From: Bacteroidota bacterium
Lineage (GTDB): Bacteria > Bacteroidota > Ignavibacteria > Kapaibacteriales > UBA2268
DNA: 64,000 nt
NCBI GenBank assembly: GCA_004322215.1
Contig: SCSM01000007.1
Location: forward strand, 192,071-256,070
Direction of reading: 5' to 3'
Shown: in pieces, positions 9,422 to 19,494 of the stretch
Layout: the number at the start of each line of letters is the position of its first letter
How positions within the stretch are numbered: position 1 is the first letter of the stretch
Translations under genes and position numbers: made by a program
Notes under the pieces: generated by a model
Seen by the model: the letters and a program-made list of their open reading frames with translations, nothing else
What the model was told of the DNA's origin: nothing
Database searches by the model: none

Positions 9422-12400
9422 ATGAGAACAATTCTTTTTTTAATAACATTTGTTTTATTCTCGATTTATCTTAATGCACAGTCATTAAAGGAGTTGATGA
9501 CAAATGTGGATTCGGCAATCAGTAAACAAGATTATCAAAATGCATTATTGTGGGCAGAAAAGGCAAAGAATGAAGCAATTAACAAATATGGAAATACTGA
9601 CAGCAATTTTGTTTCTGTAATTAAAAAATTCGTTGAAATAAATTTTGCTCTGAAAAATTACTATCAGGCATTAGACTATGCCAAACTTGACAGTACGAAA
9701 ACTCAAATAATTAATGGAACAAATAGTATATCATACGCAGAGACATTATTAAATTTGGCACAAATATATTTATACTTACAGAGATATAACGAGGCAGAAA
9801 ATACGGCGTTAAAGAGTACCGAATTATTTAAAAAATTGCTGAGCCAATATGACCCAAAATATGCGAACGCGCTGAAGGCTCTTGCCTGGATTTATTCAGC
9901 AGAAAATAAAGGAATCGAAGCAAGTCAGACTTATTTTAAAATTCTGCAATCAATTAAGGAAAATTACGGAATAATGAATGATGCTTATGCAGAAAATGTA
10001 TCAAATGTTTCTCAGGCACTTGAATCTAAAGAGCTGTACAGTGATGCAGAAGAATTTTTATTACATGTGATAAATGAATATAATGAAAAAGGTGTTGTAA
10101 AAAGTGATAATTATGCTAAAGCATGCCTTGACCTTGGAAGGATTTATGCAAAATCAGGAAGAGAATCAGAATCAGAAGGTTTGCTCAAATATGGATTGCA
10201 ATATCTTATACAGAAGTCAGGTGATAACAATCTATTTATTATGAGTAATTATAACTTCCTGGCATACGATTATTCATTAACTAATAAATATGATGAATCG
10301 GAAAATTTATATAAAAAACTGTTGATATTTTATAAACAGTACTATGGTGAAAATTCATCAGAATTTGCATCACTGCTCAACAGGATATCAATACTTTACA
10401 AGTCAATGAACAGGTTTGATGAATCAGAAGAATACAGTAAACAATCAATTGATATTCTTAAAAATTTAAAATTGGAAAAAACTTATTTATATTCAATTCA
10501 TCTCAATTCATTGGCAGATGTTTATATGAATAAAGGAAAATTCGAGGATTGCCTTCAATTATATGATGAATGTGAAAATATATATAAATCACTGTACGGA
10601 GATGAATATCCTGACAGACCGATGTTGATGAATAATCGGGCAGAAATTTACAAAAATCTGGGGAGATATAAGGAAGCAGAAATTTTATTACAAAATTCAT
10701 TGATGTTAATCGAAAAGAAATCAGGAAGATTTAATTATCGCTATGCAGTGTATCTTAACAATCTGGCTGAGGTTTTGGAATTTGAAGGTTATTACAGCAT
10801 TGCGGATTCATTATATAAAGAAGTTTTAAACCTAAAGAAAGCATATAGAGGCGAATTTCACTCTGAATTTGCAGAAACGATATGTATGCTGGCAAGATTG
10901 CATGAAAAGATAGGTAATTATGATTTGGCTTCAAAGTATTTTCAACAAGCTATGAATATTTATATCAGGAATATCAATTTAATATTTCCAACTTTAAATG
11001 ATAATGATAGAAGGTATTTTATAGCTCCGTTCAATGGTTTTTTTGAACATTTCTGTTCTTATTTATCAAAAAGTTCAGGTGATAATAATGAAATGACCGG
11101 TGAATTCTATAATTACAGGATTCGAACAAAATCTTTATTGTTTAATTTCCACAAAAAAATTCGGGAGAATATTTTAAAAAGCGGTGATTCTTCACTTGTG
11201 AAATCATTTCAAGTATGGCAAAATCTAAGGTATGAAATAGCGCGTTATTATAATTTTTCAAGTGAAGTACTTGAAAAAAGGGGAATTAATTTTGATTCTC
11301 TAAATAATTCTGCAAATGAAATAGAAAAGGAAATTTCTAATAAATCTGAGGATTTCGGAATAGAATTACAGAAAAAAGATTATAAATGGGAAGAAATAAG
11401 AGATAAATTAAATAATGATGAAGCGGCAGTTGAAATAATCAGATTCAGAATATTCGGCGATATAAAAAACAGTAATAATCCTTCAGTTAATATTCCCGGA
11501 TTTTTTGATTCTGTTGCTTATGCTGCCCTTATAATAACAAAGGATACTAAGAAAAGCCCTAAAATGGTTTTGCTTAAAAACGGAAATCAAATAGAAAATA
11601 ATCTGGCAACATTGTACACGAATACATTACAGAAATTGAAGGATAACACTAATAATCCCGATAAAGAAATACAAACAGCTGTATCAGAAAAAATATTATC
11701 AAATATTTATAATAACATTTGGAAAAATATTAATAAACAATTAAAAAAAATAAAAACGGTTTACCTTTCAACTGATGGTATTTTTAATAAAATTAACATT
11801 AATACTTTATTTAATCCTGATACAAAAAAATATGTTATTGAAGATTTGGATATAAGATTTGTTACCAATACATCTGATATCATAAATTTCAAATCAAAAA
11901 ATTCAGGAATAGAGCCGAATGCTTATTTATTCAGCAATCCTCAATATAATCTTGAAAAGGATTCTCTTGAGGTCATAGCCAGGGAATATAAATCAATACG
12001 TAAAAATGAAATAAATGAATTAAGTTCCGAAGTGGATAGTCTGCTGAAAGTAGGAATATCTCCATATCCCGAATCCGAATCAGGGATTAAATTCATCAGT
12101 GAAAAATTGAAAGCAAAAGGATGGAATATTCATGAATTTACAGGAGCAAGTGCAATCGAAGAAGCCGTTAAATCTGTTCAATATCCGAGAGTACTTCATT
12201 TAGCAACTCAAGGATTGTTTTTAAAAGATATTGATGCTAATATAAAAAGAACTTCCGGAATGCAAATAATACAATATCCCGAAAATCCACTATTAAGGTC
12301 ATTTCTCATTTTTTCAGGAATTAATAATATTAATAAAAACCTGAATGGACACTCAAATATCGATGACGGAATTTTAACAACTTATGAAATAATGAATCTC

Positions 12401-12700
12401 AATCTTGATAGCACTGAACTGGTAGTTCTCTCAGATTGTGAAACCGGTATCGGTGAGATAAAGAATGACAATAGTATAACAAATATGCAAAATGCCTTTC
12501 AATCTGCAGGAGCAAAAAGCATAATAATGAGTTTATGGAAAATAAACAATGAACCAAAACAAGAATTTCTGAATATTTTCTATGACAACTGGCTGTCTGG
12601 AAAATCGAAAAGGGAGGCATTCAGACAAACTCAATTAACTCTTAAGGAAAAATATAATAATATTTATTCATGGGGGGGATTCCTTTTGATAGGAGAGTAG
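9422..12700 (+). CDS. Secreted TPR-repeat protein with C-terminal CHAT (caspase-like) protease domain
   Basis: 1092 aa; signal peptide MRTILFLITFVLFSIYLNAQ; ~15 TPR-like repeats; C-terminal His..Cys dyad context YPRVLHLATQGLF ... LVVLSDCETGIGE ... GAKSIIMSLW typical of CHAT domains. Confidence 0.75.
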   Translation: MRTILFLITFVLFSIYLNAQSLKELMTNVDSAISKQDYQNALLWAEKAKNEAINKYGNTDSNFVSVIKKFVEINFALKNYYQALDYAKLDSTKTQIINGTNSISYAETLLNLAQIYLYLQRYNEAENTALKSTELFKKLLSQYDPKYANALKALAWIYSAENKGIEASQTYFKILQSIKENYGIMNDAYAENVSNVSQALESKELYSDAEEFLLHVINEYNEKGVVKSDNYAKACLDLGRIYAKSGRESESEGLLKYGLQYLIQKSGDNNLFIMSNYNFLAYDYSLTNKYDESENLYKKLLIFYKQYYGENSSEFASLLNRISILYKSMNRFDESEEYSKQSIDILKNLKLEKTYLYSIHLNSLADVYMNKGKFEDCLQLYDECENIYKSLYGDEYPDRPMLMNNRAEIYKNLGRYKEAEILLQNSLMLIEKKSGRFNYRYAVYLNNLAEVLEFEGYYSIADSLYKEVLNLKKAYRGEFHSEFAETICMLARLHEKIGNYDLASKYFQQAMNIYIRNINLIFPTLNDNDRRYFIAPFNGFFEHFCSYLSKSSGDNNEMTGEFYNYRIRTKSLLFNFHKKIRENILKSGDSSLVKSFQVWQNLRYEIARYYNFSSEVLEKRGINFDSLNNSANEIEKEISNKSEDFGIELQKKDYKWEEIRDKLNNDEAAVEIIRFRIFGDIKNSNNPSVNIPGFFDSVAYAALIITKDTKKSPKMVLLKNGNQIENNLATLYTNTLQKLKDNTNNPDKEIQTAVSEKILSNIYNNIWKNINKQLKKIKTVYLSTDGIFNKININTLFNPDTKKYVIEDLDIRFVTNTSDIINFKSKNSGIEPNAYLFSNPQYNLEKDSLEVIAREYKSIRKNEINELSSEVDSLLKVGISPYPESESGIKFISEKLKAKGWNIHEFTGASAIEEAVKSVQYPRVLHLATQGLFLKDIDANIKRTSGMQIIQYPENPLLRSFLIFSGINNINKNLNGHSNIDDGILTTYEIMNLNLDSTELVVLSDCETGIGEIKNDNSITNMQNAFQSAGAKSIIMSLWKINNEPKQEFLNIFYDNWLSGKSKREAFRQTQLTLKEKYNNIYSWGGFLLIGE

Positions 12701-12772
12701 TAAAGTAATTTAACATTTATATTTTTTGATTCACTTTTAAAAATAAACTAATAATTAGTTAATATAGAAATT

Positions 12773-14725
12773 ATGTTGGTTGTATCAAACTTATCAATAC
12801 ATTTTGCAAACAGGTACCTTTTCGACGGTGTAACTTTTTCTGTTAATGCAGGAGAAAGAATTGGTTTAATCGGAAGGAACGGCTCCGGTAAGACTACACT
12901 TTTAAATATTATTTCCGGTAAGCAGCGGGCTGAGGAAGGCGATATTATCAAACCTAAGGAATATAGAATAGGTTATCTGCCACAGGAAGCAGATATAAGT
13001 TCGAATAAAATCGTAAGAGATGAAGTTTACACCGCTTTAGATAGTATACAAAAAATTGAAACAAGATTAGAAGAAATTACAAATGAATTAAAGTATAGAA
13101 CAGATTTTGACAGTGAATTTTATAAATCAGTAATTCAGGAACAAAGTGAATTGCATGAAAGATTTGCTATACTTGGCGGGCATAGTATTGAAGCTGAGAT
13201 AGGAAAAGTAATGAAAGGACTTGGATTTGATGAAGAGGATTTATTAAGGAAGGTTAATGAATTAAGCGGTGGTTGGCAGATGAGAATTGAACTTGCTAAG
13301 ATTTTACTCAGCATGCCTGATATGATTTTACTCGATGAACCGACTAACCATCTCGACATAGATTCAGTCATCTGGGTGGAGAATTTCTTAAGAAATTATA
13401 AGGGTTCGGTTTTGCTTGTTTCTCATGACAGAACTTTCCTCGACTCGGTAACAAACAGAACGATTGAAATTTCAAACGGCAAAATATATGACCTTAATAA
13501 ATCATATACTGAATTTATTAAATTCATGGAGGAGCAAAGAGAACACCAGATAAATGCCTACAAAGACCAACAGAAACATATAGCTGAAACGGAAAAATAC
13601 ATCGAGCGATTCAGATACAAAGCTACACTGGCAACGAGAGTTCAGTCCAAAATCAAAATGCTCGAAAAGATAGAAAGAATTGATGTTGAAGAAACTGATA
13701 TTGCATCAATCAGGTTCAAATTTCCCGGTGCTCCCAATTCGGGCAGAATGGTCGCAGAGGTCATCAACCTTGATAAGATATATGGAGATAAAAAAGTATT
13801 AAGCAATATAAACTTTTCAATTGAGAAAGGGGATAAGATTGCATTCATAGGTCGAAATGGTGAAGGCAAAACGACCTTTTCAAAAATATTAGCAGGAGTG
13901 GAATCATACCTAGGAGAAAAGAGAATCGGTCATAATATTTCAGTCGGATTTTATGAACAGCAGCAGGCAAATGCTTTGTCCGGCGATGATACTGTTTTTG
14001 ATACTATTGACAGAGCCGCAACCGGCGAAATCAGAACTAAACTAAGACAATTACTCGGTGCGTTTTTATTCAGAGGAGAAGACATTTACAAGAAGGTCAA
14101 AGTTTTATCCGGTGGTGAGAAATCGAGACTGGCAATAGCAAAATTGCTTTTACAACCCTGCAATTTTTTAATTATGGACGAGCCGACCAATCATTTGGAT
14201 ATGGTATCCAAAGATGTTCTGAAAATGGCATTAATTGATTATAAAGGCACTTTGATTATAGTATCGCATGACAGGGAATTCCTTCATGGCTTAACTAATA
14301 AAACCGTAATGTTTAAGAATCATCAATTAATTGAATACCCCGGAGATTTATATGAATTTCTGGAAAAACAAAAAATTGAATCATTAAGAGATGTGGAACA
14401 AAGAGATAATAATATTAATAATAATTTTAAAAATGAACAGATAACAGGGTCCCAAATTTATAGGGAAGAAAAAAAGAAATTTCAAAGAGAAGAAAACAAA
14501 CTAAAGAAAAGGATTGAAAAATGTGAATCGGAAATTGCAGAAATAGAAGAAAAAATTTCAATAATAGAAAAAGAATTCACTGAATCGGATTTTTACTTAG
14601 ATATCCGACAGAGTAAAAGGAAGCAGAAAGAATTTGAGGATTTAAAAAACGAATTAGAATTAAAAATTGGAGAATGGGAAAAATTACATTCCGGGCTTGA
14701 AGAATTTCAATCAAATTATTTATAG
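12773..14725 (+). CDS. ABC-F family ATPase (two ABC cassettes, no TMD; Uup/EttA-like)
   Basis: 650 aa; two Walker A (GRNGSGKTT, GRNGEGKTT), two signatures (LSGGWQMR, LSGGEKSR), Walker B LLDEPTNHLD / IMDEPTNHLD, C-terminal coiled-coil tail. Confidence 0.85.
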   Translation: MLVVSNLSIHFANRYLFDGVTFSVNAGERIGLIGRNGSGKTTLLNIISGKQRAEEGDIIKPKEYRIGYLPQEADISSNKIVRDEVYTALDSIQKIETRLEEITNELKYRTDFDSEFYKSVIQEQSELHERFAILGGHSIEAEIGKVMKGLGFDEEDLLRKVNELSGGWQMRIELAKILLSMPDMILLDEPTNHLDIDSVIWVENFLRNYKGSVLLVSHDRTFLDSVTNRTIEISNGKIYDLNKSYTEFIKFMEEQREHQINAYKDQQKHIAETEKYIERFRYKATLATRVQSKIKMLEKIERIDVEETDIASIRFKFPGAPNSGRMVAEVINLDKIYGDKKVLSNINFSIEKGDKIAFIGRNGEGKTTFSKILAGVESYLGEKRIGHNISVGFYEQQQANALSGDDTVFDTIDRAATGEIRTKLRQLLGAFLFRGEDIYKKVKVLSGGEKSRLAIAKLLLQPCNFLIMDEPTNHLDMVSKDVLKMALIDYKGTLIIVSHDREFLHGLTNKTVMFKNHQLIEYPGDLYEFLEKQKIESLRDVEQRDNNINNNFKNEQITGSQIYREEKKKFQREENKLKKRIEKCESEIAEIEEKISIIEKEFTESDFYLDIRQSKRKQKEFEDLKNELELKIGEWEKLHSGLEEFQSNYL

Positions 14726-17490
14726 AATTTAATTGCCTCAATATTAACATCCTGTCTCATCGTTCCTCTCATTTTATTTATTAATGCAACACAGATTTTA
14801 TAAATCTCAATAATTATTATAATTGAAAACGTCGTACACATTACGATTAACCATTCATTTGATGACAGCGGCACAGTATCGAGCAATTCATTCATAACAG
14901 GAATTGCAACTGCTGAAATCTGCAAAGCAATTGCAAGAAGCATAACAGCAATTAATATGGGATTTTTGAAAGGACTGATCCGGTCAATTTTCGTTCCGCC
15001 TGCATAAGGCAGGTTTATAAACAATGACCTATCGAATGAACGTGAGTTCTGTACATTCCAAATCTGGAAAAATGCTAATATGCAGAATGCCATTGTCCTT
15101 GCTTTATCATGTGATTCCGGATTGATTGCTATGTCAGTATCAGGAAGATAATAATTGAATACGATTAATGTGCCAATCATCATTATCAAACCCGAAATAA
15201 TCATTTGCAATACCATTCTCTTATTAATTAAAGGACTGTCTTTTTTGCGAGGCAGGAACACCATCACATCACCGTGTTCTTTTTCGAAAGCGAGCGGAAA
15301 TGTAGATGTACCGTCTGTAACTAAGTTAATCCACAGCAATTGAGCAGGTAAAACCGGTAACGGGAAACCAAATGCGACTGAAGTTGCAATCGTTAGCAAT
15401 CCACCGAAACTTGTAGATAAAATATATAATATAATATGCTGGAGATTTCTTAATACAACTCTTCCACGCCTGACAGCTTTTACAATCGTAGCAAAATTAT
15501 CGTCTATCAGCACCATGTGAGCAGATTCCTTTGCGACGTCGGTTCCACTGCCCATGGCTACCCCGATATCTGCCTGCTTCAGTGCAGGAGCATCATTGAC
15601 ACCATCGCCTGTCATCGCTACAATGTTTCCTCTCGCCTGAAGCTGCTTGACAATCCTGTATTTGTGATGAGGGGCAACTCTGGCATAAACATCAATATCA
15701 GGAACTTTTTCATAAAGTTCTTTATCTGTCAATTTATCAATTTCCACACCATTGATTGCGACAGGTTTCGGTTTACCTTTTCCTATACCGACAGTCTTGG
15801 CAACTGACTGGGCTGTTTTTGCATGGTCACCGGTAATCATAACGACCCTGATTCCTGCATTACGGCATTTGCTGACTGCTTCGACTGCTTCGGGTCTGAC
15901 TGTGTCTTCTATGCCGGCAAATCCAATAAAAATCAGATTTTTCAGACTATCGAGCGAAAGTGGTATGTTTGCCGATTCATCGGTGTATGCAAGTGCTAAT
16001 ACTCTCAGACCTTTCTCAGAAAAAATCTGTATGATGTTATTCGCACCATCAACATTCAAAGGTATTTTAGCCCCGTTGATGTCAATCATCGATGTACACC
16101 TGTTCAATATCTTTTCGGGCGCACCCTTTGAGAGAATATAGCTATTATTATCAGAGAATGCTCTGACTGCCATTAATTGATTTTCGGATTCAAACGGAAT
16201 ATCAACATTAACCTGGTAATCATTGGAATTGAAGCCGAGTTTTTTTGCAGCAATCATTAAAGCAATTTCAGTAGGGTCGCCTGTAATTTCCCAATCAGTA
16301 CCATTTTCTTTGATTACAGATTCTGTGCATAAAGAACCTACCAACGCAGTAAGATTCAAAGCATAATAATCATCGGCAAACACCTGCTCACCGCTATGTT
16401 GAGAAAAAATTTGTCCTTCCTTTGAATAACCGGAGCCAACCACGTCAAAAAGTTCACCACCGCTGTAAATCCTTGTGACTGCCATTTGATTCCTTGTGAG
16501 AGTACCGGTTTTATCAGTACAAATAATATTTGTGCTTCCCAGTGTTTCAACGGCAGCAAGTTTTTTTACGATAGCTTTCTGCTTAGCCATTTGCGATAAG
16601 CCGATTGACAGAGTAATCGTAACAGCGACAGGCAATCCCTCAGGAATAGCTGAAACGGCTAAGCCGACAGACGTAAGAAACATCGTCAGCCAGTCATTGC
16701 CCCGAAGGTAACCTATTAGAAAAATAATTACAACGATTGCCATTATGGATATGCTTATAAATTTACCGAAAGCAGCCATCTGGATTCCAAGCGGAGATAC
16801 TGTTTCTTCCGCTTCTGCGACTTTTACGGAAATCTTCCCGAATTCTGTCTGGTTACCAACAGCAGTAACTATTGCAATTCCTCTTCCCTTCTGTACAATT
16901 GTACCTGAATACAGCATAGTGTATCTATCGCCCAAAGGTGCATCCCTGCTTATAATGGCATTTGCATTTTTTGTAATTGAAAACGACTCCCCAGTCAGCA
17001 TTGACTCATCAATCAATAAATTCTGGGATTCGATTAACCGGGCATCAGCGGGTACCCTGACTCCGCTTTCAAGTATTATTATATCACCAACAACAACTTC
17101 GGCTGCGGGTATTATCTGTTGTATCCCGTCTCTTATAACCCTTGCACTCGGTGCAGTCATCTTCATCAATGCATTTAAAGCATCGGAAGCTCTTCGCTCC
17201 TGGACAAAGCCGATTAATGTGTTTAAAATGACAACTGCAGCAATAACAAAAGTGTCTTTTAGTTCGGCAAGAAAAGCATTCAGTACGGCAGCAACTATAA
17301 GGATGTATATAACCGGGTCGTTAAACTGTTCGAGTAATAAGACCCATGCAGGTTTTTCTTTAGTTGAAATTAGTGTGTTGTCTCCGAATTTTTCACGCAT
17401 ATCAATCACTTGTTCTGATGATAATCCGGTTTCCTGGATTACCCCAAAATTTTTCATCACAACATCACTCGGTTCTGTATGCCAAAACAT
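14716..17490 (-). CDS. P-type cation-transporting ATPase (type II, Ca2+/Mg2+-like)
   Basis: 924 aa; phosphorylation motif ICTDKTGTLT, hinge MTGDGVNDAPALKQADIGVAMG, 10 TM helices; 3' end overlaps convergent ABC-F gene by 10 nt. Confidence 0.85.
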   Translation of the reverse strand: MFWHTEPSDVVMKNFGVIQETGLSSEQVIDMREKFGDNTLISTKEKPAWVLLLEQFNDPVIYILIVAAVLNAFLAELKDTFVIAAVVILNTLIGFVQERRASDALNALMKMTAPSARVIRDGIQQIIPAAEVVVGDIIILESGVRVPADARLIESQNLLIDESMLTGESFSITKNANAIISRDAPLGDRYTMLYSGTIVQKGRGIAIVTAVGNQTEFGKISVKVAEAEETVSPLGIQMAAFGKFISISIMAIVVIIFLIGYLRGNDWLTMFLTSVGLAVSAIPEGLPVAVTITLSIGLSQMAKQKAIVKKLAAVETLGSTNIICTDKTGTLTRNQMAVTRIYSGGELFDVVGSGYSKEGQIFSQHSGEQVFADDYYALNLTALVGSLCTESVIKENGTDWEITGDPTEIALMIAAKKLGFNSNDYQVNVDIPFESENQLMAVRAFSDNNSYILSKGAPEKILNRCTSMIDINGAKIPLNVDGANNIIQIFSEKGLRVLALAYTDESANIPLSLDSLKNLIFIGFAGIEDTVRPEAVEAVSKCRNAGIRVVMITGDHAKTAQSVAKTVGIGKGKPKPVAINGVEIDKLTDKELYEKVPDIDVYARVAPHHKYRIVKQLQARGNIVAMTGDGVNDAPALKQADIGVAMGSGTDVAKESAHMVLIDDNFATIVKAVRRGRVVLRNLQHIILYILSTSFGGLLTIATSVAFGFPLPVLPAQLLWINLVTDGTSTFPLAFEKEHGDVMVFLPRKKDSPLINKRMVLQMIISGLIMMIGTLIVFNYYLPDTDIAINPESHDKARTMAFCILAFFQIWNVQNSRSFDRSLFINLPYAGGTKIDRISPFKNPILIAVMLLAIALQISAVAIPVMNELLDTVPLSSNEWLIVMCTTFSIIIIIEIYKICVALINKMRGTMRQDVNIEAIKFYK

Positions 17491-17712
17491 ATTACAATTA
17501 CTTTATTGCTTTTCTTTTATTTAAAAATGAATAATCATACAAGTTAATAAAAAAACAAATCTTTTAAAAACCTGATTTTTCCCCATTTTTTATTAACATT
17601 AATATAAAATGACCATTAGAATTGATAGTATCGGTATATTTATTACTTATTTCTTATTTTTTCCGGCAAAAACAAAAATGCAGATTAATACTGCTTATAT
17701 TTTTATAAATCT

Positions 17713-18420
17713 TTAAATTGTTATAAAAATCAGATAAAATCCTCCAAGGAGCACCAATGCACCGCATATTCTTTTTAAATATTTTGTGGCATTAGAATTT
17801 TCAGTCCATCTGAGATAATCAGATACTTTTTTGGAAAGTGTTCCTGCCATTACAATAACCATGCAATGCCCTAAAGCAAAAGCAAATAGTAATCCAATTG
17901 ATAAAATTAAATTTGTTTGTGATATTTCAAATACTAACCCCAATACAGGTGCCATAAATGCAAATGTGCAGGGTCCAAGTCCGATTCCGAATATTAATCC
18001 TAAAACGAAAGCAGCAAAATTACCTTTGAATTTTGTCTTGCCGATACTTGCACTGTCCCATGGTAATCGTATGACATCAAGTAAATATAATCCAAATGTA
18101 AAGAAAACAAAAGCAACAATATAATTTCCTAAAGCTCCGATATCACCCATTAATCTTCCCAGCGAAAGCGTAATCCCGCCGATAATTGCAATTGTTAATA
18201 ATATCCCGACAGCAAAATTCAAAGCAAGAATGAAAGACTTCTTTGTACTTATCTGCCCTTGTGAACTCAAAAATCCTACTATTAGCGGAATACTTGAGAG
18301 ATGGCATGGGCTTAATAAAATACTTAATATGCCCCACAGGAGTGAAGATATTATTGCAAACAAGAAATTTTGATAAAGTAATTCACTCAGAAAATTAAAG
18401 ATTGATTCAATCATCAGCAT
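17713..18420 (-). CDS. ccdA: Cytochrome c biogenesis / thiol-disulfide transporter CcdA (DsbD core) family membrane protein
   Basis: 235 aa polytopic membrane protein with two conserved Cys in TM1/TM4 (SPCHLSS.., LGPCTFAF) as in CcdA/DsbD-beta. Confidence 0.7.
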   Translation of the reverse strand: MLMIESIFNFLSELLYQNFLFAIISSLLWGILSILLSPCHLSSIPLIVGFLSSQGQISTKKSFILALNFAVGILLTIAIIGGITLSLGRLMGDIGALGNYIVAFVFFTFGLYLLDVIRLPWDSASIGKTKFKGNFAAFVLGLIFGIGLGPCTFAFMAPVLGLVFEISQTNLILSIGLLFAFALGHCMVIVMAGTLSKKVSDYLRWTENSNATKYLKRICGALVLLGGFYLIFITI

Positions 18421-18793
18421 CCTTCTTTTTAATTGGTTTTAATCCCTTCGATTGAAGAAATTCTTCAATATTTTGTTCAGGATAAAATCCTACATGTCTG
18501 TGAATCTCGTTATTGTTTTCATCGAGAAAAACCTGTGTCGGTATCAAACTTATTCTGTACTTCTGTACATATTTTTGATTTTCAGATTTTTTGACATCAT
18601 AAAAAATAATCTTTATCTGGTTCCCGTATTTTTCTTCAATAGATTTCAATATCGGCTGCATTTTCTTGCATGGAATGCAGGTAACAGAGCCAATTTCAAG
18701 GAAAGTTATTTTTGGTTTAATTTCCTGCGAATAGATGTTAAACCAGATAGATAAAAATATAAGTGAAACCGTAATAATTTTTAATTTATTCAT
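18407..18793 (-). CDS. Thioredoxin-family protein with N-terminal signal/anchor
   Basis: 128 aa; CIPC active site (..GSVTCIPCKKMQPIL..) in thioredoxin fold context; overlaps ccdA start. Confidence 0.7.
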   Translation of the reverse strand: MNKLKIITVSLIFLSIWFNIYSQEIKPKITFLEIGSVTCIPCKKMQPILKSIEEKYGNQIKIIFYDVKKSENQKYVQKYRISLIPTQVFLDENNNEIHRHVGFYPEQNIEEFLQSKGLKPIKKKDADD

Positions 18794-19032
18794 TTTAGTG
18801 CCTCATTTAGCCATTGAACAATCTGGTTGTCTTTCGGTATTGTTCCGTAGCTCACAACCTTATTATTAATTACAAGACCGGGTGTCATCATAATTCCATA
18901 TTTCATTATTTCTTCGAGTTCTGTGATTTTCTCAACCGTAGCATCATATTTGTAATTTGAAACTATCTCTCTAACCTTTTTCTCAAGTGAAATGCATTTT
19001 GCACATCCCGTACCTAAAATTTTAATATTCAT
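18790..19032 (-). CDS. Small thioredoxin-like protein (redox-active disulfide protein 2 / TM0816-like)
   Basis: 80 aa; MNIKILGTGCAKCISL..MMTPGLVINNKVVSYG pattern (CxxC followed by glutaredoxin-like C-terminus) typical of this family, which is commonly adjacent to ArsP-type permeases. Confidence 0.65.
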   Translation of the reverse strand: MNIKILGTGCAKCISLEKKVREIVSNYKYDATVEKITELEEIMKYGIMMTPGLVINNKVVSYGTIPKDNQIVQWLNEALK

Positions 19033-19442
19033 TTTGCACTCCTTATAAAATTAATTTCTTCTTTTATATATTTCTTGAATTTTTCAAAATCATTAACAAA
19101 ATCCCAAATTTTTTCCAGGTTTTTCCATTGAATCTCTTTGCCATTTTCCTTTTTGCTGATAATTAGAGTTTGCGTATCGAATTTGTATTTTTCCCGGTAA
19201 TGTTCATTTTCCGGCAGGAGAAAATCTAAAGATGTTAGTATTACTGTACTGTCCTTAAGTTCTTTCCCGAATTCTAATAGCAATGAATTCCTGATATTGT
19301 TTTCGATTGTCAGACAAGTATGGCATCTTATCGTAGCGTGGAAATAGATTACATCAATCCTGGTTTGATTATCTTTTGAAAATAATTGGAATGGGAACAG
19401 GAAAATAATAACAATAAACAATGTTTTAAATATCATTTTCAT
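19029..19442 (-). CDS. Hypothetical secreted CxxC protein
   Basis: 137 aa; signal peptide, single CHTC motif in YFHATIRCHTCLTIENN; embedded in the ars/thioredoxin operon with 4-nt overlaps on both sides. Confidence 0.45.
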   Translation of the reverse strand: MKMIFKTLFIVIIFLFPFQLFSKDNQTRIDVIYFHATIRCHTCLTIENNIRNSLLLEFGKELKDSTVILTSLDFLLPENEHYREKYKFDTQTLIISKKENGKEIQWKNLEKIWDFVNDFEKFKKYIKEEINFIRSAK

Positions 19443-19494
19443 AATAAAATAACAATCAAAAAGTTTACAAATAAAATTTTATAAATTTATGAAC

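Noticed and set aside
16745-17524. 259-aa plus-strand ORF
   Set aside because: Entirely antisense to the well-supported P-type ATPase gene; Ser/Thr/Ala-rich low-complexity translation typical of a shadow ORF.
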